A DNA stretch of 64,000 nt from Paraspadella gotoi (taxonomy: Eukaryota; Animalia; Chaetognatha): assembly GCA_051294375.1 (NCBI GenBank), contig CM119269.1:2832026-2896025 (forward strand). Reading direction: 5' to 3'. Each line of letters opens with the position of its first letter. Within the stretch, counting starts at the first letter, position 1. The notes beneath the pieces were generated by a model. That model had not been told where the DNA came from. It did not search any database and saw nothing but the letters and a program-made list of their open reading frames with translations. Shown one piece after another: positions 40,334 through 52,783 of this stretch. The translations under genes and the position numbers were made by a program.

Positions 40334-41783
40334 AGAGCGCCGCCAATTCGTGGCGATTATTAGAAAAGCTTAGAGCATAATAAGCATATCACTCTAGTCG
40401 CACATTCATATGCAATTATTTGGTAAAAAAATAAAAAGAATATTGTCACTTACTTGTATAAGAGTAACATATCCGAAATCGTCCCTCACTAACTTAGAAG
40501 TCAAAGAAACCTAAAGAGCTTTCTCCCCGATTATGGGAGTCGTTAAACCCATCCTGGATTTAGAGATTTGTTTTGTTTGTTTGTTTGATAAATATGATAT
40601 AAAAAGTTAGGTTTTTTTCTACTCATTGTACTCGAATTGTAGCGAGTAGTTTTTTTTAATTTATTGTTCTAATCGTCCGATCTTGCGTGTCAAAATTTGG
40701 GTTTTTTCCCCTGATTCGATTTTAAGATGATACAAAAAAACTGATTCCCACAAAAAACTGAAAAAGACCATATGTCGTATCCCCTAGCGGATTATCTACG
40801 CTGTCCGAGTTACTCTATACCCGCGGGATGACATCGGAACGAACTTTTTATGAATTTTATAATCAAAAAATGTAAAATTGAACGTAGCCTTCAGACCACG
40901 AAAAGCTTAGACTGCAACTGGACCATTAAATTTAAAGTATTTTTAGGTACGTTACCCATACAATATGGCAATAGTTCTTTATTTAATTATTGACTGACTC
41001 CCTTAACCGTTTACGTTTTGCCTAGGAATTCCCGCAAGTGAACCGAGGAGGTTGGTCCGATTGCCTACTTCAATGAGATCCACAAGACGCAGAGACAGTT
41101 TTTGGTTCTGGGACAAAACTGTTTTGAAACGTTCTGAGTTTTACAAACATTGAATTTTCTGCTGTTAATCTTTGTACTTGAGAAATTGGCTTACGGGAAA
41201 GTAAAAATATAATGTTAATTTGTTTGACAGAAGAAACTGAATATATATATATAATTAATAATAATAATAAGTTATTCCTTTCACTAGTAGAAGCTAGCTT
41301 AGCGAAAGATTTTAAATACCTGGTTATGTAGATTTTTAGAAGACTGTCTTGTGATTTCATTTAAAACACCCATATTGACTACTTTTTTAATTGTATAAGG
41401 AAGAAACCAATGCTAGAAAACTCTGCAAAAAACATGTTTATCTAACAATTACATTTTTTTTTTTAATTGTTCGAGTTAACGTGGAAACTTATTTATTAGA
41501 ATTTGTTAACAAAGATATTTTCATCCATTGACCAAAACCAAGTGCGAAAGCTAAATCGACTAAAATTAATAATCTATTTTTGGTACTGATGAGATTGGAT
41601 CTAACGTTTACATTAATTTACACTGCATATATAGGTCTTTTTTTTTACTCTGGTTAGTCCGGAAACCATGCAAGGGGAAACGATAAGAGCAGGCTATGAG
41701 CACAATAAAGGTGTGCGTATTTTATAGAGCGAAGCGCAGTAAAATTATACACCCTACGGCATTTTCGTTTCTCACATCGGGGA

Positions 41784-44700
41784 TCAATCGAAAGTTGTCG
41801 ACCTCGCCGACAGTCTTCCCGTCGAAGGAGGAGCCGGGGAAGACGTCCTCACGACGAGCGATTGGGTGTGGCTCATCGACTTAAGATTCTCCGCCATTTT
41901 TTCAAACTCTCCCCATTTGGAGGCCTGAAGAAGTAAAGGCTATGAGCATATGTTCATATTTAAAATCTCTGATAAATTTGGGTTAAAAATATTACGCCTT
42001 TAATGCAGAATTTCGCCAAATTATTAATAATAAAAATCATTTTAAAATGTGGAATGTGAATGTACCTGTTCGTCTTTAAAGCCACTGACTTCGAGCTCCA
42101 TCATGCGAATTTTAGATTCCAACGTCGAAATCTAAGAAGGTGAAAAAATTAACTAAATAAATGATCAAGATATATAAAATTAAATTTGAAAAACGTTTAA
42201 TCAGCAATGAACATGCCAATTCTTGCCTCTTGTCTTTGGTGAAGAATAGTAGAATCCCTATCGTCGACCTTTCTCTGCAATTCGGAAACGTGGTCCACCA
42301 GCAGGTTCTTGTCACGACGCAAAGAGTTGAGTTCGTCGTCGAGCTTCGAGTTTGCTGACTCTGTGTCTTGAAGTCGTCCTTCAGTGTGGAAGCAAATTTT
42401 TTTTTTAAAGAAATCTTTTTCAAAACCGCGGTCGTCGAAAGTAAAATTTAGTCAAAATTTCTTTGAATGAGTATGTATTCACTTGAAAAACTTGGCACAT
42501 ACATAACAAGAAGAACAAATTAAAGGGGAATTCATGTCGTCGGGCATTGCTATAAGTTCACTCCGCCTATAAGCATGACGCCTTCAGTCGGGATCGATCC
42601 CCAATGCCATTGCCAATGGTACCTTCAACCTGCGGAGGACGACCGTAAACTGCCTTTAGGGCGTAGAAAGCCCTCAAGCCTGGTTCCAAGCCCAGACTCG
42701 TTCCATGATTGCGAGACGAGGTTAAAGAAGTTTAGGATGATAACACATGCACATAAACAAATAAAATCTTCGATGACAAAAGAAAATTGGGAAAATATAT
42801 ACAAATACCAAGTGTAAACGACGACTTTAATTGTAATTAATTTGTCATAACAGTCGTTTATTTGAATCAATATTTTACCTTTAGCCGTGAGAAGCGAATA
42901 TTCCGTCGATCTTGTCAGACTTTCCTGTTCAGTCAATTTTGTCTCTAGATCTCGCCCCCGGAACCTCGATATAAGATTTATGCAGAAGATAGTCAAGGAG
43001 TGGTTAAAACAGAAACTTCCAATAGTTTATTTTTTAAACTGCGACTGGTTTTATAAATTAAAAAAGAAATCGCGATGATTATATTATAATAGGGGGAGAC
43101 TAACTCAATAAGGTGGTTAAGAAATTGCATTAAGCACCTGCTCAAACGAAAATTTAGACATTTTTTAAAAAATTTGAATAGACAAATTTTTTTTATATTA
43201 CTCATACTCAATATATTAATTTTTAAATATTTATTTATAAATAGGAAAGGCTAAAAATTTTTTTTTGATTTTTTGATTTTTAAGATCAGATTCAGGTAGC
43301 TTGCAAAAGTTGTCTACACAAAGTATAATTCTTTTTCGATATTTTAATCATAAGTATGTGAAAAATAATGAAAAACTATTTATAATCATCATCATCATCA
43401 TTTTTCGATAATTTTATTACTTTTTCTTAATTTTGACCAAGAAAACATAAATATTTTGGAAAGTTGTATTTAAATTTTTTATTTAACTTTTTATGCTCTA
43501 TCAGAATCCATCAAAAAAATTTAGAATTGATTAAATTTTTTTTTTATCATTATATAGTAATATTGTAATTTTAATAGCAAACAATAAAAGCATTAAAATA
43601 GAACTTTTTTAAAAAATTCTTTTTTTACCTAAAAGTAGACTTCAGAAATAAAGTTTTGAACCACGCCCGCCCCTATTGAATTTAATTTCATAGTAGATTT
43701 CTAATTATAATTTATAATAATGATCTCACTTTTCCATGTCGAGCTGCTTTTTGAGATCCGCAACTTCGAGCTCCATCAACTTTCCCTTGTCTCCCGACTG
43801 CGCCAATTGTGACATCGTCATGGAAACCCGGGACTCCGCCTCGCCCTTCAGCTCGCGCTCACGTTCAAGCAGCTTTTGTGCGTCATACAGCTGACCTTTA
43901 AATTCAAGGGTCGAGATGGAAATAAAGAAAATTCGTTAAAAATAATCAGGCGCCGCCCGCTTCTCACCTGACAAGCCGGCCTTTTCCCCGTGCAAGTTGC
44001 TGTTTTCCTCTTGCATCTTGGTCTTCAAGTATCGTTCCTGACTGAGAAGATCTTCGGTGTCCTTCAAGCGTTTCGTCAATGCATTGATTTGATCCTTTGC
44101 AAGATAGATGGGGTCTTGAGTATATTTTCGTTATCGTTTTTAGTTTTTTAAATAATCTTACCATGAGGCCGCTGTTTGATCCCTGAGCATTGTACAGTTT
44201 TTCCTCGGCCTCTCTTTTCATCATTTCTTTCATGGTAGATTCTTTTTTGGAATCTTCCAGTTGAAAATTCATCGACTTCACTTGTAGTTGTTCCTTTTCC
44301 AGTTGGTCTGAGTAATTAGAGAGCCAAGTTTTTTTTTGGGGTGGTTTCTTAAAAAGCAGTAACTGCTAAGATAAAATTTCATTTCGCTCCCGAAGCTTGC
44401 AGTTTATAAAAATAACGAATTTTAAATCTCCAATTATAGCGGTTTATGGGTTTCTCCTTTAATTTTTCAGCGGCTATCACTTGCATATTGCAAATAATAG
44501 AAATACTGATGCTTCTACTGTCTCACCTTTGAGTATGGCTAATTGAGTTTCGGCGTTTTTCAAGGCTTTGGATCCGCCGTCGACTTCGTTCCTGGCGCTG
44601 GCGAGTTGACTGTCCTTTCGGTTCACTGTCAGTTAAAAAATATTTCGAAGCTCACTTATGCATGCATTGCTATCACCGCGCCCACTTTTAATTTCTCACC

Positions 44701-47700
44701 CTCTAAATCAAAGAGTTCGATCCGCTTCTTCAGCGAAACGATCTCGTCCAACAAAATCCTCTTTTCCCTCGCGAAACTCGAATCCATGGCGGCCATCTTG
44801 TCCTCGAATGATCGTTTCTCTTTGACCATCAGATCCAGGTTCGAGTCTTTCCTGAAGATTATTGTATTTTCGTTACATATTTTTTGAAATACCTGTAATT
44901 TCATTGTTGTTTAGTAAAATAGTTACGACTATTTCATAATAATTCATCGTGTAATCCGTTGACCTTACTCACCGTTTAACGTCCAGCTGCAAATTGTCGG
45001 CTTCAGTTTGTAGCGTCCGCAGCTTTTGCAGCATCCGCTCTGCTTCTGCAGTCATCTTCGGGTGCATTTCCGTCGCCTTCTTCGCCTGTTCTCGCAGATA
45101 GTTCGCCTCTAACTCCAAAAAGTAAATCTGGACACAAAATATCGAGTTTCTCATTTTTAAGCTCATAACTCAAAACAAAAACGTCACGAAAGAGCTCACT
45201 AATCTTTAGTACTTCCGGAAGTCATGGCTATAATTCTAGAAAAGAGCGTATCATCTATGATTGCATTGGCTTACCTGTTGTTGCAGATTCTTGATGTATT
45301 CGGCTTCAATATTCTCCATCCCCGCTGATGTCGTGCGTGCGGCGCTGAAACGGAGAAGTTAGGCTTACTTAGAAGATTGAATAAAAAAGATTTATAATAG
45401 AATTCGAATAAAATATTAAAATATTTACGGAATAATTCCGATTTTAATAATTTACAAATATGTCGACTAACACAACAGTCATCAAGATGTGGACGAGAAA
45501 AAGCACAATTGAGGCGTTTTAACATTTTGTTGTTTCCTCTTCCACCTTTCCGTCACTTTTTTTTCCAGGACAACAAAAATGATATTCTAAATAATTACAA
45601 CATTGGACATCATTTACGATTTCGACCTCGGTTATATTTCCTAGCGTCGAATAATAATAATGATTTTAAATTTTTTTTTCACTACGTAGACGGATTTCAA
45701 ATGGGAGTGAAATGATAAGATCAATAAGAATAACTGGGGATAAATCAATCACTTAGATTTTGCACCATGCTAAAAAAATTGCTGCCGTTTTTTTCTTTTT
45801 AAGCTTGCTTACTTTCTTAGTTATGTGCTTATCAATGCCACGGTCGGATTTTAAAAAAAGAAAATACCTTGCATTTGAAGAGAACCATACTCTTATAAAA
45901 TATATTAATATTTCTATTGAAGAGACAATAATTATTGTTATGTATTAGTGACAGAACCGTTCAATATAAGCAGTCCCTGAGCTTCGGATAAGGGTGTAAC
46001 TCCATGTTACAGGCGGGTTAAGTGCCCCGTCTCTCTTAACTGCTAGGCGGCCACCGGGTTAGAACCCCTGACCTATGGGTTGGGAGGCGAACGTCTTGCC
46101 TCCGGCACCAATGGCCGCTGATGAACGGTTGGTGGATTTTAGTCCACCATACTATGAAAAAAAATGAAATGACAAAAAATATAGAGATTAGAGTAATTGG
46201 CCAATCAGAATGTCGAAATAAAAATAGGAATAGTCACTCATCCGGAAAAAGCTTGTTGCTTCACTAAACATTGAAGTATAATATAAATTTTTTTTTCCAC
46301 GCTTCCAAGACATTAAACCAACCGATATTCTGCTCAAATTTTTCCACAATGAGTTTAAAATCGAAGTATTAAATAGGAGGGGAAAAAGTTGCAAAATATA
46401 AGAACATAAACGCAAGGGAATTTTCTAACTAATGAAAGATCAATCATCATAGTCAGTCAGTGAAGAGTTGTAACAACGCTTTTCATTTCACTCCCATTTG
46501 AGATCCATGTAGTATTCTTAAGCTTTTAGTTCGTAAAATTCCGTCCACAGATATGCAGAAAATCAAAAGCTAATAGCCTACTTTTTTCTTTGAGCACTTA
46601 CCAAATTGTACCCCCGCAGTCTTTACAAGTAGAACTTTTGAAAGAAGTGGACATAAATTTTAATCAGTTAATCTCCGCCTTAGAAGACTAAAATTCCTGT
46701 CCTGTAATTCGTGTCAATTCTTTTTTAAGGGAAAGTTAAGTTTTGTAACCTCGCATACTCTGCCGACACGAGCTCGACGCCACGCCCACCTTAGACTGCC
46801 ATTGAGGCTTGCGGATAAGTTCTTCTGACTTCCGGATTTGCGCAAAGACTTTTGCTTCATCATTGTGGGGCTCTTGGACCGAGGCGGAGATAGAGAACGA
46901 GTTGGCTGGAAGCTGTCCGTGAACACGCCTTAAAGTTAAATATTAAGAAAGTAGGTAGTTTTGTAACATCACCCCAGAAGGCGTGAGATACAATGTTACT
47001 TGTAGATGGCTACCAAATTTTTTCATGTTAGAATGAGATTTAAAATATTTTCTCTTTAAGATTTTCGATTGGTTAGCGCTCTCTTTAAAAGACAATCGTT
47101 ATTACCTAATTAACGACAGAAGCATAGGCAAAGCGTTTGATGATGAAGATGGTTCTAGCAGCTACAATGAAGCCAATCGAAATACACAAAAGAGGAAGAA
47201 AGTCGAAAAGTTCAGGAAATAAAGGATTAATTTTTAGGACGAAATGGTAAAATTACAGTAAACAATAGCAACAATTATCATTTGCGAAGTGCTCATTGCA
47301 ACAATGCGGAAAGATATTTGCAGAGAAATCCAACAGAAAGTTTGGGGCCGATTTGAGGCAGAATCGACAATCTCGTGCGACAAAAAAAAAAAGAAAAACT
47401 TGCGTATCAGCAACTCGGGTGCGTTCGATTTAAAGTATCTCAGTGTTGAGAATCTAAGGCTAAGATCAAAATCCCAACGCAAAAAAGAAAGGTTCTTTCC
47501 TTTTCGTGTCGTTTCGGTTTTGTCCCCGGATTCTTTCCCCCTCATTTATGTTAAATCGAAGAGTTTGGGACAGAAGATTTGTTTTCAGATCCGGCTTTGT
47601 CCCATATCCGGAAAGAATACAATAAATGAATCAGAATACGATAAAAAAAATGACAAAAGAAAAATAATATAACAATTATCAAACAATCGTGACAGGCGAC

Positions 47701-49083
47701 AGGACTTTTTTCTCATGTCGATCGTATAGTACGAAACTCCCAAGTGGCTTTTCTTGTGTTAATTTTTCAATTTTTTTAAAAAAGGAGGAAAAGTTACTAC
47801 AAAGAGAAATTTGGGCAAAGGTGTCGCCGCACGCAAGGCATGGGCGACTCCACCAAATAAATGCTCCCATCATCGTTTTAACGAAAAGAATTCCTTCTCA
47901 ACAAGTGGCATCGATAGGATTTTGAGGTTCCGACCACGAACGTTCTTGGCCAAGGTCAAAACCGATAATATTTTACTCGGTGGGCCAGTTAAATAAAATT
48001 TTATAAAAAAAAACCATTATTCTTAATTAAGGTTTAAAAAAAAATCGCTGAAAAGAAGTCGCAGAATTCTGCATGTGTTAATTTTTAGAATAGTTCAGGA
48101 GTTCTGGAGGATTTTTCCGCGTTCTTTCCAATAAGACAATTTTTACTGCGTGGAGTACTAAATTATGAAATGAAAAAAAAAAGTGAAATTAAAATTATCA
48201 TTCCTATAGATTAATTCAAGTTATCATTTTCCTGAGTCGGGCAAAGTAAGGCACTCACCACTGTCAAGACCGCAGGATTTTGAGCACACTAAGCAATAAT
48301 GACGCGAAAAAGATAAGGAAGTACAAGAAAATAGTTACATAATGTACGTTTTTGAGAGTTTGAAGAATGTTTCCTGTCTTGGTCTTAAAATGCCAAGATT
48401 GTTCTAATAAAATATAACTAAAAAGCCGTATAAGTAATTCAGAGTGGTCAAAAAGAATTTTTAGATCCTATATGAATATTCTATGAAATATAAATTTTGG
48501 TTGAACTTTTAATTTTTCTTGACCACCCGGTGCGTGTAGTGAAGCTCGGGTGAGTTCTTGGATTCGTGGTCAATGTGGTCGCGGAGACGCAGAACCCACC
48601 TTGAAAGGCGGTGGAGTCGTCGACAGGGATGGTCTGCAACCCCTCGTCGTCGTACCCCCTCAATTGCGACGACCACTTCAAAGTGTCCTTGGGCTGCGCC
48701 CCCAGGGGCAGAGAGATCTCGCGCGAGGGCGTTCGAGGCCGCGGGGCCGCTATCATTTTTCAAGGGCGTCACCGAGGGCGTGCGGAGTGGTAGGGGTTGT
48801 GGTCCGGGCGGTTGGCTGGCTCGACAGTGAAAAAGTGAAAAGAGCGACTAGTGAGGACTAAAACCAAGATTGATCTAGTTTTCTTAAGCTAATTCGACTT
48901 GAACCCGTTTGAACAGAAAGTGAATGCCTTCGATGCCATCGTCGATTCGATTAAAATGCGGCGGAAGCGAAAAAAAGTGCGACGGACCATGCGGGACTTT
49001 TTAAAAGGGTACTTACCTCCCAAAAGGTGAGGCGCTTCCTCGAAAACTTCTTCACGCCCGAAGGTCGATGAAATTCGGGACAT
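41784..49083 (-). CDS. Multi-exon long coiled-coil protein (possibly centriolar or ciliary; family not firmly assigned)
   Basis: The spliced chain includes ...MENIEAEYIKNLQQQ|IYFLELEANYLREQAKKATEMHPKMTAEAERMLQKL..., further heptad-rich exons at about 44690-44850, 44160-44310, 43730-43890 and 42880-42965, and a last exon ASKWGEFEKMAENLKSMSHT...FD* with its stop at 41784. The 5' exons (49083-49017 and about 48600-48820) are less certain. Confidence 0.75.
42631..42740 (+). ncRNA. Twister-ribozyme-like structured element, probably degenerate, antisense in an intron
   Basis: TAA-ACT-GCC (42646-54), a P3 hairpin AGGGC/GCCCT, P4-L4 CTGG-TTCCAAGC-CCAG (42680-95) and a P5-like CTCGTT/GACGAG. Possible T1 partners are GAGGA at 42635 or TAGGA at 42733. 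Confidence 0.45.
45681..46513. mobile_element. Putative non-autonomous TIR element of about 830 bp, with SINE copy 2 nested inside
   Basis: Inverted repeats of about 35 bp: ACTACGTAGACGGATTTCAAATGGGAGTGAAATGATAAG (45681-45719) and CTTTTCATTTCACTCCCATTTGAGATCCATGTAGT (46479-46513). Confidence 0.55.
45918..46140 (-). mobile_element. tRNA-Gly-derived SINE-like repeat, copy 2 (the more complete copy)
   Basis: Reverse complement of 1007-1211 with a perfect acceptor stem GCGGCCA/TGGCCGC and about 19 extra internal bases. Confidence 0.7.
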
Positions 49084-49276
49084 TAAACTCACGGAGTTGT
49101 CCGCTGTTTTAAGTTCCGAGTTGTTTTTTTTTTTTGTTTTTTTTAATTTGAAAGTTTTAAGACTATCATAATACTCCTTATTTGATCTCGATAAGGATAT
49201 TTAAAATTATTTTTGACTGGACGTAAAAAAAATCTAAGAAACCAAAAAAATTAAAGTTTTTTGTGCACGCAAACAA

Positions 49277-49362
<86 letters not shown>

Positions 49363-49464
49363 ATGCCTAGGATTGAATTCCAAGTAAAAAAATAGAACGT
49401 AGTGAAAAATGGTAGTGGGTGTCAGGCGACGGACGCCCCTTCCCTCGGTCCAGGACTTAGAGGC

Positions 49465-49547
<83 letters not shown>

Positions 49548-50907
49548 TATAGAAAACATCGATTGTCGAAAAAAGCTCGATGTTCGCACTGGGTCAAAGA
49601 CAGACATACAAAAAAAGCTTTGGTTGCCAAGGACCGTTGCTATCGCGTCCGTAGTTCAGCTGATTAGAAAATCTATTTTTCTAGAGTACGTAACAAAAGA
49701 AGTAAGTACTGGTCGTTACCTAATGAGTGTTTAAATAATTCCTGGCAATCATAAAGAAAGAAAAGTGTTCATACTTATACTTATTGTATAAGTTATAAAA
49801 TAAAACTTTCGGACTCTCAATTTTAATTCTTTTATTATTGAGTCAGTTAGAAAGAAATAAAAAATGAAACAGGTCGAGTGTTATGTTATGTTATGTAAAA
49901 ATAATTTCTTTTAACCTTTTTAGTAAAAATGAGGGTTTATAACTTAATTAGGAAAAGGAATAAAATATGCCTGCTATGTCATTATCTTGTAAGAGTGATG
50001 GAGGCATTAAACCACCAAAGCCTGTCCAAAGTGAGGGGCAAGATAGCTTATTTATTAAATGAATGGATAATTTTTATATTGGTTGTACCAATTTCATATA
50101 AAATTTGAATAAAATAACCTACACTGTAAGCACTTTTTTTTTCTCCAGCTCGAACGAAATTTGTTCTTGTGGGATGGAAGTAAATCCTCAACCTTAAACA
50201 AAAGAACGTCTGATTTGTAAGACGAATCGAAAAAATTATGAAATTGATTCAACCAATACAAAAATTATTCATTCAATTCGGTAATTATGGTGGGTTGAGG
50301 CGTTCATTCCTGTTTACTCAGATAATCAAGCGTCTTACCCATTGTACTTCTCCCTCACTTTGTTATATTGCGGGCGCCGGGTCCCCCGGAAAGCCAAGCT
50401 TATCTCACCCCTTTACAATTAAATTAGCAACTTGTTTACATTTTAAGATATCCTACTGATTCAAGAAATATTTTACAGATTTAAAACATTTTTTATATAC
50501 CTTTTTAACCCCATTAGCTTTTCCCTACTTTACGGGCCCTTCGGCATTATGGAGGGTGTCTAGTGTCTACGCTTGTACAAGCCCCTAAATGCAAGGCCTG
50601 CAAGTTTTCAATCAAGACTGTCTTACTAAATGGTAATTTAAATTACCTTTTCTAATACTTCTAATAAATTTCTACTAAAAAGTGTGAATTAAAAAAAACC
50701 ATGAGAATTATACTAATAATACTAAATAAAATAAAACAAATGTTACCAGAGTAAATGTAATTTACTCTCTATTAATCTCTATTAATTTTATCCAATCAAT
50801 AGCATGCAACAATACATGGTCTTAGAATGAAAATAGGCAATATCGACATAATCTTGATAACAAAAACATTCATGTACCAATATTGCGTATCGAGGTTACA
50901 ATCACAA

Positions 50908-52783
50908 TCACCGCGACTCGTCGCCGTAATCGAACATCGTCATCAGCTCAGTCCCGCCCCACTCCTTTTCTATCCTCGCGTCGACGGAGTCGTTGAGGGC
51001 GACGGTAAAATGACGCCGCCAATCCCCGACGGCCCCGCGGCGATACATAGAACGACCATCCTTCGTGTCCGCATTTTCGATGGGATCCTTTGCCTTTTTC
51101 ACTTTGGCAAAATCAGTCTCAATGGCCACCTGGCGTGAGATGGAGAAATGGTTACGGTTGATCAATCTATTAATCATGTAAACGAAAGATTAATCAATAT
51201 TTTATTGCGTTGTTATAAATTAATTTAAATTCAAATTTAAATCCCTTGATGATGGAAACATTAAAAATCACTATATAATTCAATTAATCAGTGAATCAAT
51301 AAACCAAGCAACATACAATATTCGTACTATTGTTCTACTGAAAAACTCAACGACCACTCATTCAATAATTGAATACGTAAATCAGTTAATTATTTTATGT
51401 GTCGATAAAATAATTCAAAATTTGAACATGAAAAATCACTTAATCAATACGCAACACTTGATCAAACAACCCACCTGTTCGTAAAACTCGGTCGAATAGT
51501 CGAATCCTAAGAACACGCCCAGCTTTCTGATCGTCTCCGCCGGTCGCTTCTTCAGATTTTCGAACGTCACGTGCACTACGTTGGGGCGTGACCGGAAGCG
51601 GAGCAGATACTCGCGCTCGAAGGCGAAGTAGGATCCGTTCTCGGCCTCGCAGGGTTCGTCCAGGTTGAGACGCATGAAGTTCTCGAAGGTGTCGTCGTAG
51701 AAGTAGCCCTTCAGCGCGAGACAATGATGATAGTAGGAGACAAACATGTCCTTCGGGTTCCTGAATTTTTTTGGGGTATTTTTATTAGCTTGTTTTTTAT
51801 AAGTGTGATTTTCAATTATAGAATATATGATAATAGAAAATAGAATTTAATAGAATATAATCAAAGTAAAAGTCAACGGTTATTAATTTCCGCGACAATC
51901 TTTCTTGTTCAAGTTCCATCGGATCTGGTTATGTAGTAGTTAGTAGTTAATAACTAGTTATGTACTAGAAGAAGCGAAAATATATTCATTATCTAAACAT
52001 TACTTATTTAAACAAACAATAGTGTTTTACTTGTGTACCATTTGACTTTTGAAACATTTACCTCGAGGCTCTGATTATTTTGCAGTTTTTCTTAAACGCC
52101 TCCTTGGGCAGCATCTTCCAGGGCAGATGTGTCAAGATGACCCTGGGTGACGGCATGCTGGAGAAGTGTTCCGTAGGAAAGGGATACATTTCGAGGAAGA
52201 GTTCGTCCTTGGAGCCTTTGTGGAGACTTACTTCTCCAGTTACGAGCATATGGAGGATCTGTGGATTTAACCTTCGTCAACAGAAACCCAAGTCTCCCAG
52301 TCTCTCATGAATTCATTCCCAAAATTGAAATTCTCAAAAAGTAAAAGATATTCCTTGTGCGTTTGCAATAATGAAAAATCTCTCCCGAGCATTTCGCACC
52401 AATCACTTTCAATATTCCCATCTACCATTCGCGCCACGCACCTCATGGAGAAAATGGTGGCCGCACTTTTGGTAGGAGACGACGAAGATGTCGTCGTCGC
52501 GGATAGGCAACGCGGAGACGGCGTCGATGGCGCGTTTGAAGGACGCGTCGCTGAACCAAAAGAAGTTGCACATGCGGACGCCGTCGACGACGAAGGGCGA
52601 AGTGAGTTGAGAACCGTCCGCGCGCGTCCCGTTGCTCCGTCGGACGGTGTGGATGACGGCATTGACGGAGCCTTCCACTCCGCCGAAGTGGTTACCGGCG
52701 AAGACGGCGTCGACCACCTCGTTGAGGATTTTCCACGCCATTGAGAATAGGCTCGAAATGTTTCGAAATGGATTCGGTAACAT
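50908..52783 (-). CDS. Cytosolic sulfotransferase (Sulfotransfer_1 / SULT1-like)
   Basis: Exons 52783-52442, 52258-52062, 51760-51475 and 51129-50908, all GT-AG and in phase. Motifs RDDDIFVVSYQKCGHH (5'-PSB), SPRVILTHLP (catalytic His), RNPKDMFVSYYH (3'-PB), FENLK and YRRGAVGDWRRHF. Confidence 0.93.

Noticed and set aside
42530-42720. H/ACA snoRNA or telomerase RNA on the minus strand (ends ACA-tga)
   Set aside because: No convincing H box, two-hairpin layout or telomeric template was found, and the plus-strand twister-like reading fits better.
46118-46140. Hammerhead ribozyme suggested by CTGATGA in the repeat
   Set aside because: No GAAA follows the potential stem II in either copy.
50540-50610. 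Twister or twister-sister motif near GTACAAGCCC / GCAAGGCC
   Set aside because: Element order and helices do not fit; GCTTGTACAAGC is simply a short palindrome.
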